A stretch of DNA of 64,000 nt from Eledone cirrhosa (taxonomy: Eukaryota), in assembly GCA_964016885.1 (NCBI GenBank), contig OZ024743.1, positions 21,948,001 through 22,012,000 on the forward strand, written 5' to 3'. The notes below the pieces were generated by a model. It searched no databases and had not been told where the DNA came from. It worked only from the letters and a program-made list of their open reading frames with translations. Below are positions 41,200 through 58,925 of this stretch, piece after piece. The position numbers and the translations under genes were made by a program. The first letter of the stretch is position 1, and each line of letters begins with the position of its first letter.

Positions 41200-41545
41200 A
41201 AAGCTTCTTCTTCTTCTTCTCCTCATCCGCTTCTTCTTCTTCTCCTCATCCGCTTCTTCTTCTTCTTCTTCTTCTTCTTCTTCTTCTTCTTCTTCTTCTT
41301 CTTCTTCTTCTTCTTCTTCTTCTTCTTCTTCTTCTTCTTCTCTATATATATCTTCTATATATATATATATATATCTTCTTCTATAATTACTCTGAGCTAT
41401 AATTTATCGATATCATCTCATTGAGTGCTTCGTGCCAGCTTCTGAAGATTGATTTCTAAAAATGCTAATCGCAACTGCAACTTCAATTTTAGTCTCTTCT
41501 TCTTCTTCTTCTTCTTCTTCTTCTTCTTCTTCTTCTTCTTCTTCT
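41200..41545. repeat. (TTC)n tracts
   Basis: Direct inspection (41204-41342, 41495-41546). Confidence 0.9.
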
Positions 41546-41959
41546 TGAGATGATCGTGGGGGCAGAGTCCTCAAGTGCTCCCTACAGCAGGTCCTGTCAT
41601 GGATGTTATCCAACCACCTTGCTCGTGATCGACCCATGGGTCTCTTATGCGTTGGTTTTGCCATCCAAAAAGCAGCTGAAATTGTTCATAGCCTCCCTTT
41701 ACTGGGAGATCTTGTTTATGGTTGAATATACTGCACATCCAACCTTTAGTTTTTTAACTGCTTCAAGACATCATTTTAACTGCTTCAAGATGTCATATCT
41801 CTTAGACTGGTAGTTTTTCTTTTACATTGGGACGAATAGTGCCATAGAGTCTCTGAGTAGTCTCTACATAAACTTAAGGTATACAACCTGCTTGTGATTA
41901 CTGTGGTAACGACTTTGGTGGTTTGTGTACACATACACATATAGAAACTTCCTTATAAA

Positions 41960-42680
41960 TACATAAGGGATGTCAGACACGAATAATGCCGCAGAGTGAA
42001 ATGAGTTCAAGAAGGCCAGAAATAAATGTTAATCTCAGCTACGGCAAATGAAACAGACATGGGGGCGAATGAAGGCACAACTATTACAGAATGTTGCCGA
42101 TAGAAGTGACTTTAAATCTTTCTATCAGAACTTAAAATGAGTCTTTGGACCCGTGTCAAATGGATCAACTCCCATCGTTTCGTCTGAGAGTAATCTTTTG
42201 ACAGACAAAAATGAGATCAGTAACCGTTGGGTAGAACATTTTTCTAATGTTATCAATACAGAACCAAATGTTGATATGAATCTACCACAGAGGCCTGATT
42301 TGCAGGACTATCAGCCACTACAGTTAATGCTGAGATTTAAAAAAAAAAGGCCGTAAAACAACTCACCAATGGCAGGTGTATCCAGAAATGATGGAATACC
42401 AGCAGAGATATAAAAGTGTGGGAGCAATCTCTTGATTTGCAAACTTTTCTTTAATCTGGAAATCAGGATAAGTTCCACAGGAGTTTAGAGATGTATATAT
42501 TGTCCATCTTTACAAGCATAATGGAAATAGATGCGAATTTGACAACCATAGAAGTATTTCCCTTCTGTGTGTTGGCGCAAAAATTCTTAGCAAGGTCATC
42601 TTCAACAGACTTAACAATGCTCTGACCAATTCAGTTTTTCCCGAAACACAGGGTTTTTCAGTCTTACAGAGGCATACAGA
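41960..42680 (+). pseudogene. RTE-BovB-like LINE fragment (pre-RT and RT N-terminus)
   Basis: NRWVEHFSNVIN, DGIPAE, VPQEFRD, DNHRSISLL, KILSKVIFNRL and PETQ motifs across frames with stops. Confidence 0.75.
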
Positions 42681-42892
42681 TACAAATGTTATGCACATGC
42701 CCACATATAACTCAAAATATCCACATCCACACATACAATAACATTCATACCTGCACACGCACACATGCAGATATACATACATATCTAACTAGTTGATGTT
42801 TAAATTCCAATGAAAGCGTCTTGTGTCTATATTAGAAACCGACTCTTTCTCTATTGGTAAACATTTCCAAAATTATAAAACCAGAAGAACCT

Positions 42893-43512
42893 ACATACAT
42901 ACATACATACATACTTGGTGGCTGCCAACTCGTTTTCGAGTACGGCCACTACTTTATATCCATGTAGGAGAACCCCTACCGATGCGCTGAACGAGTGTGA
43001 CCTTTTAGTCCAGCCAGCGACTTGAAAACTCTGGTACAAACACTACACTTGTGACAATTATTGACACATAGTTCTGGGCCCATGGTACCATGTGATGACA
43101 AGTGCAGAGAGATCTCCAAATATAAAGCAATGCCTGTGCCGTGAAGCTTTTATAGTGAGCAAAGGCACTGCACAAAGCCAGTCCCACTCTCTTAACCAAG
43201 ATGATATTTACCAAAAAGAAGAACAAGTCAACATCATTGGATACCATCAGAGTTGCAGGTGTTATATCAGAGTCCTCCTTCTCCTAGAATTCTGCCTTGA
43301 CGAAGGCTAAGGGGTCATCTCCCCCGGTGATTTTGGATGGCCATTGACTCTTAAGAGCTGCTTTGCCCTTTGACAGGTTTTGTTTTTAGTCCTGCAGGAT
43401 GTCCAAAGTTACCCTCCTCACCAAGAAACCTTGGTGGGGTTGCCAGTTCAGTCGCCAACGTCCCGACCATGGGACAGGTTGTACTGGGATACATGTTACC
43501 AGTAGCACCAAC
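42893..43512 (-). mobile_element. Probable non-autonomous RTE-derived element with (TATG)n tail
   Basis: GC-richer block between (CATA)n tracts; TAAAAACAAAACCTGTCAAAGGGC resembles RTE 5' UTRs (from memory). Confidence 0.3.
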
Positions 43513-43632
43513 ATACATATATATACATGCATACATACATACATACACAGACATATACATACATATATATACATACACATACACATATATATATACATAT
43601 ACATACACATACACATGCACATATATATATAC

Positions 43633-43665
<33 letters not shown>

Positions 43666-43787
43666 TATATATACATACACATACATATATACACATACAT
43701 ATATACACACATATGCATATACATACACATACATATACACATACATATACATACATACACATACATATATACATATATATGTATGTG

Positions 43788-43830
<43 letters not shown>

Positions 43831-44220
43831 GTATATGTATATGTATATGTGTATATGTGTATATGTATGTGTATGTATGTGTATATATATATGTATGTGT
43901 ATGTATATATATATGTGTGTATGTGTATGTATATGTATGTATGTTTGTATATGTATGTATATGTATATATATATATATGTGTGTATGTATGTGTATATGT
44001 ATGTGTATGTATATATATATGTATGTGTATGTATATGTATGTATATGTGTATGTGTGTGTATATGTATGTGTATATGTATGTGTATGTATATATATATAT
44101 GTATGCGCATGTATATGTATGTATGTGTGTATGTGTATGTATATATATGTATATATGTATATGTATGTGTATATACATACATACATACATACATACATAC
44201 ATACATACATACATACATAA
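43512..44220. repeat. Complex TACA/TATG microsatellite that switches strand polarity near 43780
   Basis: Direct inspection. Confidence 0.85.
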
Positions 44221-44442
44221 AGATATCTATATACATACACACAGCGTGACACAGTGGGTGAAAAGACTAGCACCTCGAATGTACAGGTACAACTGTTTGT
44301 CATCCACACCATCGTCATCATTATTGTCGTCGTTGTTATTGTTAAACCTTAGGTGAATTCTCATCAAGTAAACCCATGATTAGAAGTGCTTCAGTCGTAA
44401 CCATGCTACGATTTAATGTGTATCGAGGAGCACATTATCAAA

Positions 44443-44511
44443 TGTTCTTCCATTTCTTTAGAATGTGTTCTTCCATTTCTTTAGAATGTGTTCTTCCATT
44501 TCTTTAGAATG
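44443..44511 (+). repeat. 3 x 23 bp tandem repeat
   Basis: TGTTCTTCCATTTCTTTAGAATG three times. Confidence 0.9.
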
Positions 44512-44884
44512 GTTGACTGTGAACAGTGGGTGGATACTATAACGGAGAGTGTACATTGAATATTAGGAGGACTGTTTCACCCATACAGTGCCTGCTCTTG
44601 ACGAGGGGTCCGGTTATGAATTGAATGTGTTTTGCTTTATTTTTTTTCTACGAAGTTGAGTGACCAGGCACAGTAAGGGTTGACAACATTTGGAAGTGAA
44701 TTGGGCAAAGTGCAGAAAAATATGTGAAAGCAGATCCGCATTGAGCAGGACATCTTTTTGAATTTGATGAATTTATCAGTATGCAACTTTATTATGTTAC
44801 CGTTTTTGTATCCATGTATAAACATAAACAAATTCATATGAGTTTTCAGAGACATCACCAGTACGCCATTTCATTTTTAAATAC

Positions 44885-50137
<5,253 letters not shown>

Positions 50138-50854
50138 TGTCAAAGACCAGAAAGAAAAAAAATGTCAATAAAAGTACACACACACACACATGATGAAGGA
50201 CTAATTTTATTCATATGTAACCCATGTGCAACCACGCAGCACTCCATTTTTCTTATATTTATATTTTTTCCTCAGCTGCGATTGTCTGTTTCTTTCTTAC
50301 TGCTTCCCCTCTCTCTGTATCTCTCACCTTCTTTTTACCCCCTCTGCCAGTCACACTCTCTCTCAGCTGGCCTCTTCCTCACACTTCCACTCACTCACTC
50401 TCTGCTTCTCCCCCTCTCTCACTTCCTCCCGTTTGACCTGTGTGAAATCCTTTTCTCGCTCACATCTCACCCATGTCGGATGGTCTGTATCTCTCGTCCA
50501 TGATTTCACCAAGCTTAAGCTTATAGATATCATGTACTTGTCTCTTCCTATCTTTCCGTTGCAATACCATCTTTGTTTGTTTACATGTCTCGCTCGCTTC
50601 GTGCTATTTTACTTGTCCCAATAACTTTATTTAGTTATTGCTCGCACCAACCAGAGGTATATGATTTTTAAAGCGATGAAATACCAATGAAGGTTGGAAG
50701 ATCACTGATGAAAGACTAATTTTATTCATATATATATATATATATAAATACGTACGTGTGTTCTTTCTCCCCCATTTTTTCTTCACCCCCCCCCCCCCCC
50801 GTTCCTTTCTTTCATCATTCTTTACTTTCTATTTATCTTCTATTTCTAACTCTA

Positions 50855-50890
50855 TCTTGTGATGAATGACTAGTGTCCGAAAAGTTAAGA
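50855..50890 (+). ncRNA. Degenerate minimal hammerhead motif
   Basis: TCTT-GTGATGA-ATGAC-TAGT-GTCC-GAAAAGTT-AAGA; core and stem III substitutions. Confidence 0.35.
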
Positions 50891-50971
50891 CTCTCTTCTT
50901 GCTATTTCAAGCGTTAAACTAATATATTTCTTCCACTGTGTCGTTTGTTTTGTTATTTCTGTTTACCTTTT

Positions 50972-51005
<34 letters not shown>

Positions 51006-51242
51006 TCCGAGTGTAGTAATATATGGATATTTATGGGCAAGTGTTTGGGACTGATTAGGCTTTTCTCCAAGAAACGTAAAATGAGAATGTGTCGCTTTGT
51101 GTGAATATCTGTTTATTTATGTAAATATGCCTATATTTTTCATATATAATGTTTATGTTCAGATTTATGACGGTTTAATGTATGCCAGTATTTATATATA
51201 TATTAATTCGTTTATTTAATACATTTTGTGTGTCTATACGTT

Positions 51243-51275
<33 letters not shown>

Positions 51276-52016
51276 AACGGTATTGAACCAAGTGTCACGC
51301 AATTTGTCTCTCACGTTATCAAATAACGTCCATTTGACTTCTTCTTTCTCCGTTAGAATATATTAGTTCCTTCTGTATTTCTAAATATTAACTGTATTTT
51401 TTTTATTCAAATATGTTTTTAAAAATCTTTTGAACTCGTCTATAATATATTTGAAGTAATGTTTCTACTCTGTCCTTTAGATTTTAAATATCATTCACCT
51501 CTGTGTGAAAGCAATTTCTTTGCTAAGTTATACTAAATCTATTGAGCACAAATACATTTATATAAGTAAATTGTTCGGTTACAAAATGAAAGAACGAGGA
51601 ACTCTGGATAGTGATGGAGAGAATCGTCAGTTAATTGCTAATATATACCATATATGAAGGAAGTCTTTGTGTGTGTAGGGTGGGTGGGTGTAAACCTGAA
51701 ATGTAACGTTCTTCGTACCTTTTTCAAGGGTTTCTGTGCAGTTGATAGCATTCTCTAGATTAATTTGTAAGTAAAAATATACTTGTTACAACAATTAAGG
51801 AAAGATACTGCGCAACACGGATTTCATTACATAAAAATAGGAGCCAAAACACCCTCCCATCACATGCTTCTGAGAATAATGTAGTTCGTGATGTGTATGT
51901 ATGTATCCGGGTTGAGTCGTAGGGGTGCCGTAGAGATATGGTATTTCTTGAGCATTTTAAAACCTGGTGATGTCCATCTCTCCTTATCTGAAAGCGGTCA
52001 ATTTCTTCTAGAGAAG

Positions 52017-52049
<33 letters not shown>

Positions 52050-52433
52050 GGGGGGGTGTTAGAGAGAAATTAAGAAAGATATATAGAGGAAGAATCGACA
52101 CCAGTACCGAAGTGGTACTTTTTTATCGACCTCGAAAGGATGAAAGTCAAAGTTGACCTCGGTGGAATTTGAACTCAGAGCGCAGAGCTCCGGATTGAAT
52201 ACCTCAAAGCATTCTATCCGACGTTCTAACGACTCTGCAGCTTCGCCGCCTATTTCGAGCTAAATCACGTCAAAAAATAAGACTAAAATATTATAGATCA
52301 CAGGTCAACTAGGGACTAACAACAACAATAACAACAAGAGACTGTTGATATTAGAGAAAAGCAATGAAGAATGACATGATGCTGAATGACAATAAAAGTA
52401 ATATATATATAAACATACACATACCGACCATAA

Positions 52434-52771
52434 TTAAATATGGAATGATACGCGATGGGGCCTCCCCACAGCCCGGGCGGTCAGAATGGAGAAGGCGTTT
52501 CCCCGGAGGACGGCAAAGGAGACGCGCTGGAAAAGCCACTCCAACTCGCGGGGCCCACACCTGCGGCTGGCTAGCTCAGCGCCTATGGTGGTGAGTAGGG
52601 AGGTAGCCTTGGGGCCGAGGACACCAGAAGTCTCCATTGCCAGGGTACAACCGCAAACCTGTCGGAGAGCGACCGGTATTTGAGGAGTTTAGCCTCCTCA
52701 GCCCGACGTGCAGCAGAACCCGAGTTAATCGCAGACTCCACCAGGTTGCGGCTGCAGAAATTGTCGGTGCA
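52434..52771 (-). pseudogene. CRE-clade-like non-LTR element, C-terminal REL endonuclease fragment
   Basis: CTDNFCSRNLVESAINSGSAARRAEEAKLLKYRSLSDRFAVVP(frameshift)AMETSGVLGPKA...WLFQRVSFAVLRGNAFSIL. Confidence 0.8.
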
Positions 52772-54016
52772 ATCAGGGAATATCTGAAGCTAAACAACAA
52801 CAGCAATAAAAACAATTCTACCCTCAGATATTTGTCCTTAAGGCTGGAAATTTCAAGTAAATTTTCTTGATTTGTCAGTAGTTAAAAAATTTCAAGCAAG
52901 CGTTATTGCAAACCATCAATTTGTATGTCTGCATGAAGTGTGTGTCTGTGTGTATTATTTTTGAAATGTCTAACGTTAAAATAGCTCAGCTCATTGTTTG
53001 CTTTGTTGCATAGCATACGATTGTGTGATATGGACGACTTTTTCATTTCTTTCTTTTCTTCATGTTTTTTTTTGTTTCCTTCCTCCTCTATTCTTTATTC
53101 CTAAAATACTATTTGAACTTGATGATCTAATTTTTAATGTTATTTGATTCTCGATTGTTCTGTTTAATTTCGGAAATGATTTTAATATTAATATTTTATT
53201 TCCTATTATATTTGATTTTAATAATTTCTTTCCTCTTTCCATTTTTCTTTTATTTTTACAGTGCATACGAAAACCTTTTAACTGCGACTCAAAAGAAATG
53301 ACGGATCACACCTTTTGTATTTCCAAAGGAGGAGGTTTTATATTTGACTTCCGTATTCTTTCCATCACAATTGTCTGTTATTTCTGTTTCCATTCATTTC
53401 ATGAATTTTCCTTGTGGTCATAAAAAAAAATTCGATTTTTACTTCACTGTCCCTTGGGTTAAAACTATTTCAGCAATGTTTTTCCTTTCTTTCTTTCATT
53501 TTCTCACTTTAGGAAATATGTCAAAATTACTTCAAAAAGACCGAATGCAATACTTTTTGTATTAATTTTTTATTTTATTTTATTTTTGAGAACGATATTA
53601 TTAGACATTAGTTATTTTTTGTGCTTGTTACTTTTGTTTTCTCTTAAGCTTTACTTTTGAATTGCTGGGAAAATTAGTCTAAACTCAGCATCTATAATAA
53701 CCATTTCTATTTTAGGTGAGGGCCACATATTTTCAGTAAGAACTTCACGAGCTCACCTTTGTTTTTCATCCTACACTGAAGTCGGTTCTTCTCTTATATA
53801 TCTTTCTCGCCGCCCTCTCTCTCTCTCGGCTCTTTTCAAACCTGGAGTGATTTCCTCTTTAGGGTTTGAAAAAGCCCTAAGACACACCGTACGCCTCTAT
53901 GGTACCTCTACGACTTCATCGAGAGTTACGAGTACATAAATACATTTAAAAACAATAAATGAACATATATGCTTCATCACATGGGTTTATCGCCAACAAA
54001 TATAGAACAAAGAAGT

Positions 54017-54411
54017 TGTAGCGCTCTCAAGACAGGAAGTAGCTGGAGTTACTTCCCGTTGGAATTTCCAGAATCTTCTTTGTGACTTCCGTCCAGAGAA
54101 CTATAAAGGAGAGAGCTGAAAGCTATCTTCCTCTCTTTTCACCTTTTGGCGTTTACGCCGAAGGTATACTCTGTCTTTGGCGTTTTCCTTCGAACCTACA
54201 ACACTGGAGATGAACATGTTAAGCACGAGCTTGGACTAAACCTAAATATGCGTGAGGATATGTTGTGTACCACGATTATGACGGAGTTAAAATAAAATGA
54301 AGACTTGTATTCGATATGGTGTTTTGTAAATATATCTTATCCTTTTCTGTATAAAAATTAGTAATTAGATTCTGGTGATATTTACTCAAGTAAATAATCC
54401 TGGGTCTGACA
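54017..54411 (+). mobile_element. Possible solo LTR
   Basis: TGTAG...TGACA ends with internal TATAAA and AATAAA; no clean TSD. Confidence 0.3.
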
Positions 54412-54788
54412 GAACACTAAAAAGTAAAAGGGTCAGATTTCATCACATTGTAGAATAATTATGAGAATGATACACAAAATGTCTTTCAGTATTTCGTTAC
54501 GACTCTTTACATTCTAAGATCACCTTTATCATTTCTTTCCGGAATCTATAAAATATATACCTGCCAAGCCATGGGAAGCAGGTCCATAGCCAAGCTTTGG
54601 TGCACAGGGAATCTTCAGAATATTTTCTAATTCACAGTATTTCCAGGGCGGTTTTTCGGAATAAGCATGTCACCATATTGTTTCCTAAATTTGAGAGTAC
54701 ACCATTGAAAAGTAGCGGGCAGTACCCCAATCTCCTTGGCGATGGGCTCGCTGGAAAGTCTATTCAGTCAAATAAACCCCAAAGTGTG

Positions 54789-54880
54789 TGACACAGTGAA
54801 CGAACATCAATGGATATAAGGATTCATAGCAGGAGTATGCTATGAATCCTTATATCTACTGTTGTTCGTTCACTGTGTCA
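54789..54880. repeat. ~43 bp imperfect hairpin
   Basis: TGACACAGTGAACGAACA...GATATAAGGATTCATAGCA / TGCTATGAATCCTTATATC...TGTTCGTTCACTGTGTCA. Confidence 0.85.
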
Positions 54881-55789
54881 ACAAGATTTCTTTTAATCGT
54901 TTCGCTTTTAAATTACCAATGAAACACCTGCTATGCGTTTCAAAACATTCTAAATAACCAGAAATTTGGAAGCATTAAGAAAAATAACCAACTTTAACAT
55001 CAAGTTGGCGTCTGGAACATAACTCAACATAGGCTCTTACATAAAATTACGATGCAAGGATTCTATATATATATATACACACTTTAAAATTAGAAGTCTT
55101 TTATCATAAAATCATGGGCAGTTTCAGACGGTTTGGTATCAAAAGTGTTATGCATTAGTTAGAGGGAAAATAACACTTAACGTAATTCTCGGAGAGATTC
55201 AGTGTGATAAAGCTGACTCTTAGAATTACAGATACTGTCCACCCGACAGTCCATCCAAGGCAAAGGTCAACCTGAGACTAATGTAAATGACACATGCCTA
55301 AAATGCTACACAGTGGGATCGAACCGGTGACTCTAAGTTTACAAGCGAACTTCTTAATCATTTAGTCAGGCTGTCTCCACACTGGGAGGTGGAAAATGGA
55401 AAAGATCCACATTTCATGTGCTGCTGCAGTAAGGAGTAACATACCAAGATATTGATTTATCTTCGCTCACATCTACCACCCAAAACATACACGTTATATT
55501 TGACATACGCCGCACAGTTTCCATTTACCCAATATCACTCACAAGAGTTGACTGTAGTAGAATACACTTGAGCAAGATGCTCCGCGGTGCATTCGAACCC
55601 GAAACATGATTTCGAAGTGAACTTCTTAAATACAGGGTCATGCCTAAAGGGAAGAAGAGGTAAAGAGCCCGTCACTCCCAATGGAGTCATAGGGGCGCCT
55701 TTCTGACACGCTGCCTGTTTTTGGCCTTTAAGACATGGTGAAGCCAACCCCTTTCCAGATCTAAACACATTTCACAAAGGAAGAATTGA

Positions 55790-57005
55790 CCTCAGTATTG
55801 TACTTTATTTATCGACCTCGAAAAGCCAAGTTAAACTCAGCAGAATTTGAACTCAGAGAACAGTGAGTTTGATCAAATACCGAGGAATCTACAGTGAAGA
55901 GGAAAGTCGATTAGATCAACACCTGTACTTATTTTATCAAAAACAGAAGGATAAAAGACAAAGTTGATCTCGGTGGGATTTGAACCCAGAACGTAGAAAG
56001 CCATAACTTAATCTCACAAAGTATTCTGTCCAACACTCTAACCAATCCACCGCTTTCAATGATAGTTTAATTACTAAAAACAGTTTATTTCGGGTTAAAC
56101 ATGAGTAAAACAGTTTTATCTACCGTAGAATATTTGTCTATTTATTAAACACAGACTATCTATTGTTGGTTGAATTGAGATTCCCATTACACGACCACCC
56201 CTCTAACACCAATGAGTCACAAAGAAAATGTGCCAATATAATTACTTATGCATTTGCAAGTAATAGGACGAGGTGGGTTTTGAAACGGATGCTTCAGTTT
56301 CCGAATGCCCGAAAAAATGTTGGACAGCGTTAGAGAAAATTATCGTTTCCAGAAGGAGAATACAGTGAAAACGATTAATATATTTCTCTTCCAAAAGGTG
56401 ACGTATTGGGAGAATTGATTGAGCTTCGAATAAAATGCCATCGTGCTATTTGTTCTGGTATTTTACATTCTGAGTTCAAATACCGCCAAGGTCAACTTTG
56501 CCCTTCCCTCGAATTGTGCCGAAATTAGAAATCAATATATTTCTTTTCCAAACTTTTCAGAAGAAACAGGACCTGAACAGTCGTCCTAATGACTTAAACC
56601 CATTGACTATTTACTTTCGTTTATTGCTATTCAACGTTGCCATATAATTGTTTCTAATTTAGGCATGTGGCCAGAAAGTAAAAACGAAAGGAAAAATCGA
56701 TTAAATCGACCCATAAATTGGCCGGTACTTTATTTTATCGACCCCAAAAGGTGTGAAAAGTAAAGGTAACCTCGGCGGCAGGGATTTGAACTCAAAACGT
56801 AAGGAACCGGAACAAATACCGCCAGAAAATTAGGAGGGAGAGGAAAGTCGATTATATCAACCCCAGCTATTTTTTAAACCGACCCTCGAAAGTATGAAAA
56901 GCAAAATTGACCTCGGTAGGATTTTAATTCAGAACGTAGAAAAATCGTAACTAAATACCACAAATCATTTCGTCCGACGCTCTAGCGATTCTGCCAACCC
57001 ATCAC
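55790..57005. mobile_element. Cluster of older, diverged SINE copies
   Basis: Repeated TACTTTATTTTATCGAC...AAGTT...CTCGG...TTTGAAC motifs. Confidence 0.7.
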
Positions 57006-58114
57006 TCTCTGTGCCAGATAATAATGACGAAGAAGAGCCGCTTTATAAACTGAAAATAAAAGTAGGGAAAGAAACGATTGAAAGAAATTAGTGAGTGTTT
57101 GCCATAAATATGATAATGGACATTTAGTAAGCTATATAATATAATATAATATAATATAATTGTTTCTACTGGCAAATAACTGTTTTATGTGGTGATATTT
57201 AAACAATATTTAAATAACTTTTTATTTCAGATATTACTTTGTTCGTAAGAGTAGATTTGTGATATGAATTCCGTAATACATATATTAATATATATGTATT
57301 TTATGTGTATTATATATATATATGAAATATTTGGTAAGTTGTGTGCAAAACATCATTTCAATACATTAATAAATAACACAGTTATAGTGGTTTTCTGCAA
57401 CCAGTCTAAATTCACAATTATTTTTTAATTTAACATCCACACGTGCGCTTCTGTATGTATATGTGTACGTGTGTGGGTGAATAAATAAGTATTGTTGTTA
57501 TTGTTGTGGTTATATTAGAAATATTGAAAGGAAGGGTTTAAGGTTTTTAATGGGAAACTGTAGGCTTTCATAAGAATCTGTACACATCAAACTTTAATAT
57601 CACATCTAAAACAGGGTTTAAAATTATTTTCAATAGAGGGCCTGCTATGAGCAGAAGAAACCCTCACCTAATTGGTTTGCCTTGAAACCATACTCAGTTT
57701 GAACAGGCATGTTCCATTTTTACATTGGAGTATCAACATTTGCCCAGTAGACATAGCTGATCATCTCTTTGGATATATACCAAGTTGTTAAGGATGTCAA
57801 GCATCCAGCATGACTTGTTGTATGTCACTATTTTTCTTGGTTGTTTACTGTAAGAGCTCTCGGGATACAGAAGCAAATGGAGCCCACTTATTGTCTCATT
57901 GACTGAGCTTTGAGGTCATTCTCATGTCTGTTAGTTACTTATTCTGCTTGCCCAGTGTGCTCATTTCCCAAAGTAATGCTTAGCCTTTAATAAGTCCATT
58001 TTTCTCCACAGCTATAGACACTGGATAATATGCCAACAATTTGGTATTAAAGTGAATATCATGTAATATAAGCAAGTATCAAATATATTACTTGACTGCC
58101 TTGGTGACAGTCAA

Positions 58115-58925
58115 CTAGGACATGCCAATCAAGGGGATAAAGACAAACCTTCCAGATATGATTATCATAGAAAAGTATGAAAATCTCAGTACTTTTATTG
58201 GCTTTTTGAACCTTTTTTTCAAAAGTACATGTCTCTGAAGGTGAAGAAATTGATAAGGTGAAATACCTAGGAAGCTGTTATGAAAGAGAAAATCGTAAAA
58301 ATAGCAATTGGAGGTCAATTAATGATGATAAAGTATATGAACTAAAACATCTACAACTATAAAAGGTCTCAAAGATCTACACAAAAACACAAGAAGTCTT
58401 TCCAAGCACAGTCAACATCCTATGCAGGACACTTCCGATTCAGAACCCCAAATCATACAATACATTCTCTGAATAACACATACAACACACACATTATACA
58501 ATCCCTATCACCCACCAATAACACAACCCACACAACAAGGACACCATACAATCAAGAAAATATCACAATACATAGTTTTTAAAAAGAATTGTCGGTCAAC
58601 ACCAACAACTTCCACATAATATAATGCAACTCACAATATATACACTATGAACTCACTGCCTGTCACTAAAACTCAACTTGAAGAGCATGAAAAAACAAAT
58701 CACAACCCACCAAAGTAACATGACACACATTGTAAATATTTTGTATGTCATGAATGAAACACTATCGCAAAGTCCCAAACAACAAAACAAACCCTCTAAC
58801 AAAGCAAACCTGCTGAAGCATAGAAACACAACACTATCCACGAAAGGACAATATTGTACATATTTCTGGAACATGGAAATGCACCTGATAATAGAGTAGA
58901 AACTCGTATGGGACAGGTGAAAACA
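58115..58925 (+). mobile_element. Degenerate R4/Dong-like element 3' end
   Basis: *DMPI..IKTNLPDMII and VNILCRTLPI resemble the R4/Dong REL C-terminus; the 3' end AACTCGTATG...TAATAA is shared with 19467-19518. Confidence 0.55.

Noticed and set aside
41430-41490. CTGAAGA-TTGATT...AATC-GCAAC hammerhead-like string
   Set aside because: GAAA is replaced and stems I and III do not pair; at best a decayed relic.
43351-44356. Long ORFs (240-328 aa) in several frames, and similar YI/CV/SL/HT-rich ORFs throughout the window
   Set aside because: Translations of TA/CA/CT microsatellites that lack stop codons; not genes.
50190-50730. Short direct repeat TGATGAA(G/A)GACTAATTTTATTCATAT
   Set aside because: Possibly a truncated pseudo-LTR, but a complete hammerhead cannot be assembled.
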